Shown one piece after another: positions 46,073-55,216 of a stretch of DNA of 64,000 nucleotides (positions are counted from its first letter, which is position 1; each line of letters begins with the position of its first letter). Source of the DNA: Candidatus Gastranaerophilales bacterium (GTDB taxonomy: Bacteria > Cyanobacteriota > Vampirovibrionia > Gastranaerophilales > Gastranaerophilaceae). Both the position numbers and the translations under genes were made by a program. A model generated the notes under the pieces. The model worked only from the letters and a program-made list of their open reading frames with translations, searched no databases and was not told where the DNA came from. The stretch is from NCBI GenBank assembly GCA_944323615.1, contig CALUTG010000005.1, forward strand, positions 8,264 through 72,263, given 5' to 3'.

Positions 46073-47128
46073 ATGAACCTTAAAACAGAAATAACAAAAC
46101 TTCATTATACAAGAGATCCGAAAGGAGTTCTATTTAATCTCCTTAAGTTTTGTTCTGTTTTTTATGGGCTGGGAAGCGGTTTTAAGAACTTTTTATACGA
46201 TAAAGGTATAATTAAACCTAAAAAAGTTGATGCCTATGTAATCTCTGTTGGCAATTTTACTACAGGCGGGGTCGGAAAAACTCCTGTGGTAGCGGAGCTT
46301 GCAAAATATTTTGTAGATAAAGGAGAACGGGTCGCAATTATTTCACGCGGTTATGGCGGAAAACTCGACAACAAAAAGGTAAATGTAATATCTGATGGTA
46401 TTAATTTATATTACAAAGCTGATATGGCCGGAGATGAACCGTACTGGCTCGCTGTTAATCTGAATATGTGCGCAGTGTTAACCTGTTCTAGCAGATTCAA
46501 AGCCGCAGAATATGCAATAAAAGAGCTTGGCGTTACAAGAATAATTCTGGATGACGGATTCCAGCATAGAAAACTCCACAGGGATTTAGATATTGTACTT
46601 GTAGATTCCGAAAAAATGTTCGGAAATGAAAACCTTCTGCCTGCAGGACCGCTAAGAGAGGGACCTGAAGGTTTTAAAAGGGTGGATAAACTTGTTATAG
46701 TAAGTAAAAATATTGATCACACCAGAGCAGAAAAGCTTGCAAAAATAATGGAGAAAAAGTTCTTCAAAAATACTGCCCCCTCACCCCAACCCTCTCCCGC
46801 AGGGCGAGGGCACGTTATCCTCTGCAAAGTTGAGCCGGATTATGTCTACAATATTGTTACAGGTGAACATTTAGAAAAAGGAGAAGAGATAACTGCGCTC
46901 TCCGCAATCGGGCAGCCGGAACAGTTTTACCAATTCTTAAAAGATTATCAAGTTAAAGAAACAATAACTTTTGATGATCATCATCAATACACCTTAGATG
47001 ATATTAAAAATGTTGAAGGAAATCTTGTTACAACTGAAAAGGATGCGGTAAAACTTTCGCTTCTCGGCAAAACAAATATTTACGCACTTAAACTAAAAAC
47101 TATATTGGATGTAGAAAAATTAATATAG
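46073..47128 (+). CDS. lpxK: tetraacyldisaccharide 4'-kinase
   Basis: 351 aa. P-loop GNFTTGGVGKTP, ILDDGFQH. Confidence 0.9.
   Translation: MNLKTEITKLHYTRDPKGVLFNLLKFCSVFYGLGSGFKNFLYDKGIIKPKKVDAYVISVGNFTTGGVGKTPVVAELAKYFVDKGERVAIISRGYGGKLDNKKVNVISDGINLYYKADMAGDEPYWLAVNLNMCAVLTCSSRFKAAEYAIKELGVTRIILDDGFQHRKLHRDLDIVLVDSEKMFGNENLLPAGPLREGPEGFKRVDKLVIVSKNIDHTRAEKLAKIMEKKFFKNTAPSPQPSPAGRGHVILCKVEPDYVYNIVTGEHLEKGEEITALSAIGQPEQFYQFLKDYQVKETITFDDHHQYTLDDIKNVEGNLVTTEKDAVKLSLLGKTNIYALKLKTILDVEKLI
46775..46813 (-). repeat. GC-rich hairpin plus G-tail repeat embedded in-frame in lpxK
   Basis: The plus strand reads GCCCCCTCACCCCAACCCTCTCCCGCAGGGCGAGGGCAC. It encodes APSPQPSPAGRGH inside otherwise AT-rich coding sequence. 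Confidence 0.7.
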
Positions 47129-47228
47129 ATTTCTTTCTCCGCCCCGCTCTATGCTCTTGAAAAACTCTTATTTTTGATGTAATTTTAAATCGTAAAAGAA
47201 TTTTTACAGAAAAAGAAGGAGAACTCAC

Positions 47229-48188
47229 ATGAGTGAAAGAAAATTAGTTGGAACACAAGAGATGTTCAAAAAAGCTTTAGCCGGCGGATACGCTATCGGT
47301 GCTTACAATGTTAACAACATGGAAATCCTTCAGGCTATCGCTGAAGCTGCTGAAGAAACAAGATCACCTATTATTTTACAGGTTTCAGCAGGTGCAAGAA
47401 AATACGCTAACCAAACTTACTTAATCAAGCTTGTTGAAGCAGCATTGGCTACTACAACTGTACCTATCGCTCTTCACTTAGACCACGGTGCTGATTTTGA
47501 AATTTGTAAAGCTTGTATCGACGGCGGTTTCTCTTCTGTTATGATTGACGGAAGCAGATTCCCGCTTGAAGAAAACATCGCTCTTACTAAACAGGTTGTA
47601 GACTATGCTCACGCAAGAGGAGTTTCAGTTGAAGCTGAATTAGGTAAATTAGCAGGTGTTGAAGACGATGTTAAAGTTCACGCTAAAGATTCAACTTACA
47701 CAGATCCAGAAGAAGCTGCTAGATTCGTTAGAGAAACTGGCTGTGATTCTTTAGCTGTTGCTATCGGTACTTCACACGGTGCTTACAAATTCAAAGGCGA
47801 AGCTAAATTAGACTTTGAAAGACTCGCTGAAATTAAGAAAGCTGTTAATGAAGTTGTCGGATATGACTATCCATTAGTTCTTCACGGTTCATCTTCAGTT
47901 CCGAAAGAATTTGTTGCTAAATGCAACCAGTTTGGCGGTAAATTACCTGATGCTCAAGGTGTTCCTGAAGAAATGCTTAACTACGCTTCTAAACACGGTG
48001 TAGCTAAAATTAATATTGATACAGATTTGAGATTAGCTATGACTGCTACTATCAGAGAGTTCTTTATTGAACACCCTGAAAAATTTGACCCTCGTGAATA
48101 CATGGGACCAGGCAGAACCGCTGTTAAAGAAATGGTTATGCACAAAATGAGAGATGTATTAGGTACTGCAGGTCACGCTGACGACTAG
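47229..48188 (+). CDS. fba: class II fructose-bisphosphate aldolase
   Basis: 319 aa. HLDHG, and metal or substrate motifs GTSHGAYKF, LVLHGSS. Confidence 0.92.
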   Translation: MSERKLVGTQEMFKKALAGGYAIGAYNVNNMEILQAIAEAAEETRSPIILQVSAGARKYANQTYLIKLVEAALATTTVPIALHLDHGADFEICKACIDGGFSSVMIDGSRFPLEENIALTKQVVDYAHARGVSVEAELGKLAGVEDDVKVHAKDSTYTDPEEAARFVRETGCDSLAVAIGTSHGAYKFKGEAKLDFERLAEIKKAVNEVVGYDYPLVLHGSSSVPKEFVAKCNQFGGKLPDAQGVPEEMLNYASKHGVAKINIDTDLRLAMTATIREFFIEHPEKFDPREYMGPGRTAVKEMVMHKMRDVLGTAGHADD

Positions 48189-48190
48189 GT

Positions 48191-48346
48191 GCTACGCACG
48201 TAGGTAAGGGACGGAGTACAATAGTCAAACTACAAGACGAATTATATACTCCGAGTACTCCTTAAAGTCTAATGCATTGTCGGTATTGGGCTCAATGCTA
48301 CGCACGTAGATAAGGTCTCGGCTAAGAGGTGAAAACTACAAGATTG
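48191..48346 (+). repeat. two copies of a roughly 50-nt element starting GCTACGCACGTAG, immediately after the fba stop
   Basis: GCTACGCACGTAG at 48191-48203 and 48297-48309. Both are followed by ..TAAGG..AAACTACAAGA... GGAGTAC and GTACTCC could pair between the copies. Confidence 0.8.
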
Positions 48347-48373
48347 AATAAAATCTAATACAGAACTAAATTT

Positions 48374-48408
48374 AGCGGGTGCGGGTTGTGAAACAACCCG
48401 CACCCGCT
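48374..48408. terminator. GC-rich hairpin terminator between fba and ruvC
   Basis: AGCGGGTGCGGGTTG / CAACCCGCACCCGCT stem of 15 bp. Confidence 0.8.
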
Positions 48409-48420
48409 TATTCTATAATT

Positions 48421-48894
48421 CTAAACACTTCTTGAATGACATATGGCTATTGCTATTGCATCAACTGTATCGTCTAGCTTTGGTAAATCATCCGTATCCA
48501 GTGCTAGTCTTACCATTCTGTCAACTTCTTTTTTCTCGGCTCTTCCATATCCGGTCAAAACCTGTTTTACTTCCATCGGGGTATATTCATATACAGGAAT
48601 GTTATATTTTTCAAGAACGGATAATATTACTCCTCTTGCCTCTGCAACAGGGATAATTGTTTTCTGGTTTTTGAAGAAAAATAACTTTTCAACTGAAGCA
48701 CAATCTGGATTGTACATCTCTAAAATCTGTGCCAAATCGTTTGAAATTTCTAAAAGCCGTTTTGAATCGGAAAGCTTTTTATCAGTCTGAATAGAGCCTG
48801 ATGTTATTAAATTTATCTCTTCTTCTCCGGCATTAATTTCTATCATTCCATAGCCTACAATAGCCATGCCGGGGTCAATTCCCAGTATTTTCAT
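48421..48894 (-). CDS. ruvC: crossover junction endodeoxyribonuclease RuvC
   Basis: 157 aa. ILGIDPG start and conserved acidic residues. Confidence 0.9.
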   Translation of the reverse strand: MKILGIDPGMAIVGYGMIEINAGEEEINLITSGSIQTDKKLSDSKRLLEISNDLAQILEMYNPDCASVEKLFFFKNQKTIIPVAEARGVILSVLEKYNIPVYEYTPMEVKQVLTGYGRAEKKEVDRMVRLALDTDDLPKLDDTVDAIAIAICHSRSV

Positions 48895-49002
48895 GACTCA
48901 ATTATAACAGCTGCTTAACATTTTTGCAATTTCTCGTGACAAAAATCTTCTTTTGAGTTACTATTAAGGTTGTGTTACAAATTTTAAGGAAGTTAATAAT
49001 AT

Positions 49003-50103
49003 ATGGCAGCAGAAAATACACAGGAACTGGTTATAGGGATACCTAGAGGAATGTCTTTTTATAGCAATTATCCTTTCTGGTATGGCTTTTTCAGCAGTTT
49101 GGGTTTTAAAATTATCCTTTCGGATCCTACGACAAAAGAAACTATGTCAGAAGGTTCCGCACTTGTTGTAACTGAAACCTGCCTGCCTATAAAAATATAT
49201 CTGGGACATATTCTTAATCTTATTAAAAAAGGAGTTAAAGATATTTTTGTTCCGTCGCTTCAATCAGTTGCACCTAAAATTTACAACTGTTCTAAAATCA
49301 GAGGACTCCCTGATTTGGTCAGAAATGTTGTGAAGGGTGATTTCAGAATAATAGAAGCAACACTTGATAAATCAGCTAAAAATCAGGGATTGTATACTTT
49401 TCTTGAAGAAGCTGTAAAGCCTTTTGGGATTACTGATTTTGAAACAATTAAAAAAGCTTCAAAACAAGGATGGAAGGTTTATAATAATTTTCTTGTTATG
49501 ATGAGAGCCGGTATGAGCTATAAAAAAGCAATTAATTACGCGCTTCAAGGCAAGGTCTTTATAGAAAACCCTTCAAACTCTGCGCCTATAAATGTTGCAC
49601 TGGTTTCTCACGGGTATAATATTTATGATGACAGAGCTTGTATGAAAATTTTTGACAAGCTTGAAAAAATGGAAGTGAAAGTGTTTACTTCGCTTCAGCT
49701 TACGGATGAACAGATGGAAGAAGGTATTGCATCTCTCGGCCAGCACAGATACTGGGCTAATGAATATGAAATGACCGGTACTGCAGGACACTATCTTAAA
49801 GATAATAAAATTGACGGAATTATTACGCTAAATGCTTTCGGCTGCGGTCCGGACTCTCTTATGATAGAAAGAATTGCAAGAAAAGCTAAAGAAGCTGGTA
49901 AGCCTCTTTTATCTCTGACAATTGATGAACATACCGGTGAAGCCGGATTTGTTACCCGTTTGGAAGCTTTTATTGATATGCTTTTCCGTAAAAAACGTTC
50001 AAAAATTATTAATAAAATCACAATGCCTGAGTATGATTATGTTCCTCAGACAAATATTTGTGATAACTTGCTTGCAGCAGAAAGTTCCGGCAGGATAAAA
50101 TAG
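49003..50103 (+). CDS. acyl-CoA dehydratase activase-related protein (DUF2229-like domain only)
   Basis: 366 aa. IGIPRGMSFYSNYPFWYGFFSSLGF...ETCLPIKIYLGH resembles the DUF2229 domain. No BcrAD/BadFG ATPase part is present. Confidence 0.55.
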   Translation: MAAENTQELVIGIPRGMSFYSNYPFWYGFFSSLGFKIILSDPTTKETMSEGSALVVTETCLPIKIYLGHILNLIKKGVKDIFVPSLQSVAPKIYNCSKIRGLPDLVRNVVKGDFRIIEATLDKSAKNQGLYTFLEEAVKPFGITDFETIKKASKQGWKVYNNFLVMMRAGMSYKKAINYALQGKVFIENPSNSAPINVALVSHGYNIYDDRACMKIFDKLEKMEVKVFTSLQLTDEQMEEGIASLGQHRYWANEYEMTGTAGHYLKDNKIDGIITLNAFGCGPDSLMIERIARKAKEAGKPLLSLTIDEHTGEAGFVTRLEAFIDMLFRKKRSKIINKITMPEYDYVPQTNICDNLLAAESSGRIK

Positions 50104-50130
50104 TAATAATTAAGCCAAGGAAAGCTGTTT

Positions 50131-51360
50131 ATGATAGATTTTAAATCTACATTAAAAATGGCGATTAACTCGCTCAGAGTGAATAAGCTTCGTTCCGCAC
50201 TAACCAGTTTAGGTGTAATTATCGGTGTAAGTGCCGTTATTATAATGCTTGCAGTGGGGCAGGGTGCAAGTGAACAGGTCACTAAGAATATGGAATCAAT
50301 GGGAACAAATATTCTGACAGTTCGCTCTGCTTCTGCTAAATCAGGCGGGGTGCATATGGGAATGGGTACCAAACCAACCCTTACTTCAAAGGATGCTCTT
50401 GCCATAAAGAAAATGGCAAGAGGTATTGAAGCTATTTCAACAGCTTCATCTGAAGCCCAGCAGCTCACTTACGGAAATCAAAACTGGTCTACAACTGTTT
50501 ATGGAGTAGAACCGGCATACTTGTATATTAAAAACTATGAAATAGAGTCAGGCAGAAAATTTATTCCGGAGGATATGCAAAATAGCGCAAAAGTTACCCT
50601 TTTGGGTGCAACAGTTGCAATAGAGCTGTTCGGAGATGTTGATCCGGTTAACAAGCAGATCAGAGTTGGAAATATTCCGTTTAAGGTAATAGGCATACTT
50701 AAAAGTAAAGGTCAATCCGGACCGTTTGATCCGGATGACTTAATAATGATTCCGATAACTACGGCTCAGAAAAAAGTCTTTGGAACTGATTTTCCGGGAA
50801 CTGTTAATATGATACTGGTTAAAGGATATGATTCCGACAGCCTGAATGAAACAATAGAGGACATTACCGAAATTCTTATTACAAGGCATAATATTGGTAA
50901 AAATCAGGAAAATGATTTTGAAATTAGAAATTCTGCCGAATTTCAGGAAAAAATGAAATCTACCGTTCAGACATTTGCAATTCTACTGGCATCAATTGCT
51001 TCGGTTTCGCTTCTTGTCGGCGGAATCGGAATTATGAATATTATGCTTGTATCTGTAACGGAAAGAACGAAAGAAATTGGTATCAGAATGGCTATAGGGG
51101 CGCAGGTTGAAGATATTCGCTGGCAGTTTCTTATTGAATCATTCCTTTTGTCAATGATTGGCGGTTTGATAGGAGTTGCATTCGGTATAATAGGTGCAAA
51201 TCTGATTACTGTTTTTGCACCTACTATGACAATTTCAATTTCTTTCTTTTCAATTATATTGTCTTTGGGGTTTTCTGCTTTAGTCGGTGTAGGATTCGGA
51301 TATTATCCGGCTTACAAAGCTTCTTTACTAAATCCTATAGATGCGCTAAGATATGAATAG
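50131..51360 (+). CDS. ABC transporter permease, MacB/FtsX family
   Basis: 409 aa. LRSALTSLGVIIGV N-terminal TM, a large periplasmic domain, and a C-terminal FtsX domain with TERTKEIGIRMAIGA. Confidence 0.88.
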   Translation: MIDFKSTLKMAINSLRVNKLRSALTSLGVIIGVSAVIIMLAVGQGASEQVTKNMESMGTNILTVRSASAKSGGVHMGMGTKPTLTSKDALAIKKMARGIEAISTASSEAQQLTYGNQNWSTTVYGVEPAYLYIKNYEIESGRKFIPEDMQNSAKVTLLGATVAIELFGDVDPVNKQIRVGNIPFKVIGILKSKGQSGPFDPDDLIMIPITTAQKKVFGTDFPGTVNMILVKGYDSDSLNETIEDITEILITRHNIGKNQENDFEIRNSAEFQEKMKSTVQTFAILLASIASVSLLVGGIGIMNIMLVSVTERTKEIGIRMAIGAQVEDIRWQFLIESFLLSMIGGLIGVAFGIIGANLITVFAPTMTISISFFSIILSLGFSALVGVGFGYYPAYKASLLNPIDALRYE

Positions 51361-51378
51361 AATGGAGATGTTGCTTTT

Positions 51379-52131
51379 ATGAATAAAAAATATTTTGGTG
51401 TTGCCTTAGTTTTTATTACTGCTTTTGGGTTTATACAGCTTAATAGTTATGCTGAACCTTCAAAGTGTAATATGCAGACCTTGGGACAGACTGCAATGAA
51501 TTATATCCGTAATAAAGATTATAATAATGCCCTGGGGGTAATTGATGCTTGTATTGCGGAACATCCGAATAATGCAACTTTATATAATAACCGCGGTAAT
51601 GTACTAATGGAGATGGGAAAATTCAATGAAGCAGCTTTTGCCTATCAAAAGTCTATAAATATAAATCCTAAATTTACAGCTCCTTATAACGGTTTATCTA
51701 CGCTATATATGAAAACCGGACAGGCGGAAAAAGGGCTTGAGGTGCTAATGGATCTTAAGGAAATTGCTCCGAATGATTCTGTTGCGGCATTAAACAGGGC
51801 TTCTTTTGAATTAATCCTTAAAAATTATAATGCAGCAATTGAAGATTATACGATTGTTCTTAAAGATAAAAAGAATTCTGTTTATTATAAAGACAGAGCC
51901 TATGCTTATCTTGCAAATTCAAACCCTGAAAAGGCAATTTCCGATTATGAAAATTACCTGAAAGCCGGGCATGAGTCAGGAGAAGCATATAAATATATGG
52001 GCATAGCTTATGAGGTTATGGGTAATAATGATAAAGCTATGGAATATTTCAGAAAGGCTGCTGATCAATACAGGAAAGAAAATAATCTTGAAGAATACAA
52101 CAACCTGATGAGGATATTCCGTGCCGGCTAG
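51379..52131 (+). CDS. secreted TPR-repeat protein
   Basis: 250 aa with a signal peptide and TPR units. Confidence 0.8.
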   Translation: MNKKYFGVALVFITAFGFIQLNSYAEPSKCNMQTLGQTAMNYIRNKDYNNALGVIDACIAEHPNNATLYNNRGNVLMEMGKFNEAAFAYQKSININPKFTAPYNGLSTLYMKTGQAEKGLEVLMDLKEIAPNDSVAALNRASFELILKNYNAAIEDYTIVLKDKKNSVYYKDRAYAYLANSNPEKAISDYENYLKAGHESGEAYKYMGIAYEVMGNNDKAMEYFRKAADQYRKENNLEEYNNLMRIFRAG

Positions 52132-52367
52132 TTGGCGGATTTGTTAGCTTGAATGTTATATTTTGCAAGGAGTGCTTCGTATTGCTGTTCTTTTTCAAAA
52201 GGAACCGTAATTTTTACTCCTTCGTTTGTTTGCTCAACTTTACCGTTTGGGGCTACAATTTTAGCAGTCTCATTTCCGTATTCTTCCAATTTTTTAGGAT
52301 CCTGTTTCATTAAATCCTGATAAGAAACTGTATAGCTGCCTTTGAATGCCGGATTAATCTGTGTCAT
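52128..52367 (-). CDS. hypothetical small protein (79 aa)
   Basis: AGAAGG upstream. The N-terminus MTQINPAFKGSY shares the motif described in the findings. Confidence 0.5.
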   Translation of the reverse strand: MTQINPAFKGSYTVSYQDLMKQDPKKLEEYGNETAKIVAPNGKVEQTNEGVKITVPFEKEQQYEALLAKYNIQANKSAN

Positions 52368-52460
52368 AAATTACCTTCTTTCTGAAATAAAACTTACACA
52401 TATATATGAAAGTTTTTTATTTCGGAAAAATTGATAATATATTACAAAACAGTTACAATT

Positions 52461-55148
52461 CTAATTTTCTTTCCAGGATTCTCCGCAGCTAAGATCCAGA
52501 ACCAGCGGAACTTTAAGCGGCTGATTGAGTTCCATGGAATCCTTAACAATTAATTTAACTTCTTCAAGTTCTTCTTTTGCTACTTCAAACACAAGTTCAT
52601 CATGAACCTGCATAATCATTTTTGTTTTAAGATTTCTTTCTTCCAACCGCTTTTCAACCTCTATCATAGCCATTTTTATTAAATCGGCGGCGGTTCCTTG
52701 AAGAGGCTGGTTAATCGCAGCTCTTTGAGCAAATTCTCTTATCTGGAAGTTAGGGCTCTGAAGTTCTGATGCTAAGTAGCGTTTTCTTCCAAATATTGTT
52801 TCCACATATCCGTGCTTATTTACAAAATCAACTTCGTAATTCATATAATCTTTTACGCCCGGATAGTGCTGGAAGTATTTGTCAATAAATTCTTGAGCTT
52901 CCGCGTTAGATATACCGATACTCTTAGCAAGTCCGTATTTGGATTGTCCGTAAACTATACCAAAATTAACGGCTTTGGCTTTTCTTCGCATTTCTTTGGT
53001 GACTTCACTCAAAGAAACTCCAAAAACTTTAGAAGCTGTCATTGTATGAACATCTTCGCCTGACGTGAATGCGTGAATAAGGTTTTCATCTCCGGATACA
53101 TGCGCAAGCAGTCTTAATTCAATCTGGGAATAATCGGCAGATAGGATAAGATAGTTTTCTTTGTCCATTGCACAAAACGCAGCGCGGATTTTGTTTCCTT
53201 CTTCCGTTCTTATAGGAATATTCTGCAAATTAGGGTTTGAAGAAGACAATCTTCCTGTAACGGTAAGCGCCTGATTGTAAGTTGTATGAATTCTTCCGTC
53301 ACGCTTGCTTATAAGAGCAGGGAGCGCATCCGTATAAGTGGATTTTAGCTTAGAAAACTTCCTGTGCTGAAGAATATAATCGCAAATTTCATACTCTGCG
53401 GCAAGCTCTTCCAATACTTCTGCACTTGTAGAACGGCTTTTACGCTTTTTTGTTTTTAAGCCGAGTTTATCAAATAAAACTTCTGCTACTTGTTTTGGTG
53501 AGTTTATATTGAAAGGTCCTCCCGCAAGTTGATAGATTATATCTTCAAGCTCTGCGAGCTTTTCTGTCATAAAATCGGAAAGCTCTTTTAGGTAGTTTAC
53601 ATCAATTGCAACTCCGGTGTGTTCCATTTTTGCAAGAACTACAGTCAGCGGAATTTCTATATCTGATACTAATTTCTTTTCTTTTTCATCAAGATTTTCT
53701 ATCCAGTAATCATATAGTTTTAGAACCGTGGAAGCTTCGTCGCAGCAAAACTTTTCTCCCTCATCCTGATGCGAGAGGATATGGTTTAAAAAGTCTAAAG
53801 CTTGCGCTTCAATTGTGTGCTTTCTATTCGGATCTTTAACATAACTTGCCAAAAGAACGTCATATTCAAGACCTTTAGGAGAAAAACCGTTGTTTAAAAG
53901 TATGTGGTATTCCGATTTGGCATCATACGCAACTTTTTTGATATTTTTATCTTCAATTATAGGTCTTAGAGCTTCTACAAATTCATTGGAGAAGAAATAA
54001 TTTTTTTCGGCTGCAATTGCAATATGGTCAATAAGCCCGTCTTTTGAATAATAGCGGATACCGATTCTTTCAGCTTTTTTAATATCTTCAATAGCGGAAT
54101 CAAAAGAACTGCGGTTTACGATTTCATATTCCAGCTCGCTGTCTTGAACGGTTTCTTTTATTGCCTGAGTAAAAATATTCTGCTGGACAGAATCTCCGCC
54201 TTGTTGTTTTTGAGGCGCAAAAAGACTCAGGTTTTCTCCGGTAGAAATAGACTGCGAATTAAAAGAAGAAAGAATTTTATCAATATTTTTAATAAATGTA
54301 TAAAACTGCATTTTTCTTAAAAAAGCGGAAACTTTTGCCATAGAAGGCAATGTAACACTTGCGGTATTTATATCAAAATCAATTTCCACGTCCCTTATAA
54401 TAGTTGCAAGATCTTTTGATAAAACAGCAATTTCTTTTTGGGTGCAGATCTTTTCTTTGACAGCTTTTTCCGGAATGTTATCACAATCCGCAAGGAGTTC
54501 TTCCAAATGCGGATATCTGCTTAAAAGTTTTTGAGCAGTCTTTTCGCCGATGCCTTTTATACCCGGAATATTATCGGAAGTATCCCCTCTGAGCCCTTTA
54601 TAATCCGTTACCTGATTAGGGTAAACTCCGAGTTTTTCATAGACTTTGGCCCAATCATATTCAACAAGTTCTCCTTTTGTCGGGATAAGAACTTTGACAA
54701 GTCCGTCTTGATCTACAAGCTGAAAGCTGTCTTGATCTCCTGTCAGGATAAGGGTTTCATTTCCGCTTTGTGAAGCAATTTTAGAAATTGTTCCTATAAT
54801 ATCATCGGCTTCGAAGCCTTCTTTTGTATAAATCGGAATATCAAAAGCTTCCAAACCTTCAACAATAGTGGAAATCTGGCATCTTAAAGTATCCGGCATG
54901 GCATCTCTGTTTGCTTTATATTCTTCAAACTTATCCGTCCGGAAAGTATGTCTTCCGACATCAAAAGCTACTGCTATAAAATCCGGTTTTATTTTGGAGA
55001 GCAGATCAAAAATTGCTTTAAAAAATCCGTATACAGCCCAGGTTGGCTGATTTTCCGAATTTTTCATTCCTGTTCTTTCCAATGCAAAATACTGACGATA
55101 AGCTAATGCGTGTCCGTCAATTAATACCAAAGTCTTTTTATCCGACAT
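52461..55148 (-). CDS. polA: DNA polymerase I
   Basis: 895 aa. 5'-nuclease domain, and polymerase motifs DYSQIELR and QVHDELVFE. Confidence 0.97.
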   Translation of the reverse strand: MSDKKTLVLIDGHALAYRQYFALERTGMKNSENQPTWAVYGFFKAIFDLLSKIKPDFIAVAFDVGRHTFRTDKFEEYKANRDAMPDTLRCQISTIVEGLEAFDIPIYTKEGFEADDIIGTISKIASQSGNETLILTGDQDSFQLVDQDGLVKVLIPTKGELVEYDWAKVYEKLGVYPNQVTDYKGLRGDTSDNIPGIKGIGEKTAQKLLSRYPHLEELLADCDNIPEKAVKEKICTQKEIAVLSKDLATIIRDVEIDFDINTASVTLPSMAKVSAFLRKMQFYTFIKNIDKILSSFNSQSISTGENLSLFAPQKQQGGDSVQQNIFTQAIKETVQDSELEYEIVNRSSFDSAIEDIKKAERIGIRYYSKDGLIDHIAIAAEKNYFFSNEFVEALRPIIEDKNIKKVAYDAKSEYHILLNNGFSPKGLEYDVLLASYVKDPNRKHTIEAQALDFLNHILSHQDEGEKFCCDEASTVLKLYDYWIENLDEKEKKLVSDIEIPLTVVLAKMEHTGVAIDVNYLKELSDFMTEKLAELEDIIYQLAGGPFNINSPKQVAEVLFDKLGLKTKKRKSRSTSAEVLEELAAEYEICDYILQHRKFSKLKSTYTDALPALISKRDGRIHTTYNQALTVTGRLSSSNPNLQNIPIRTEEGNKIRAAFCAMDKENYLILSADYSQIELRLLAHVSGDENLIHAFTSGEDVHTMTASKVFGVSLSEVTKEMRRKAKAVNFGIVYGQSKYGLAKSIGISNAEAQEFIDKYFQHYPGVKDYMNYEVDFVNKHGYVETIFGRKRYLASELQSPNFQIREFAQRAAINQPLQGTAADLIKMAMIEVEKRLEERNLKTKMIMQVHDELVFEVAKEELEEVKLIVKDSMELNQPLKVPLVLDLSCGESWKEN

Positions 55149-55216
55149 TTTATACTCCCGTTTGTTAGATTATTATATCATAAATTCGTGCTACAATAAA
55201 ATCTCAGGAGGCACGT

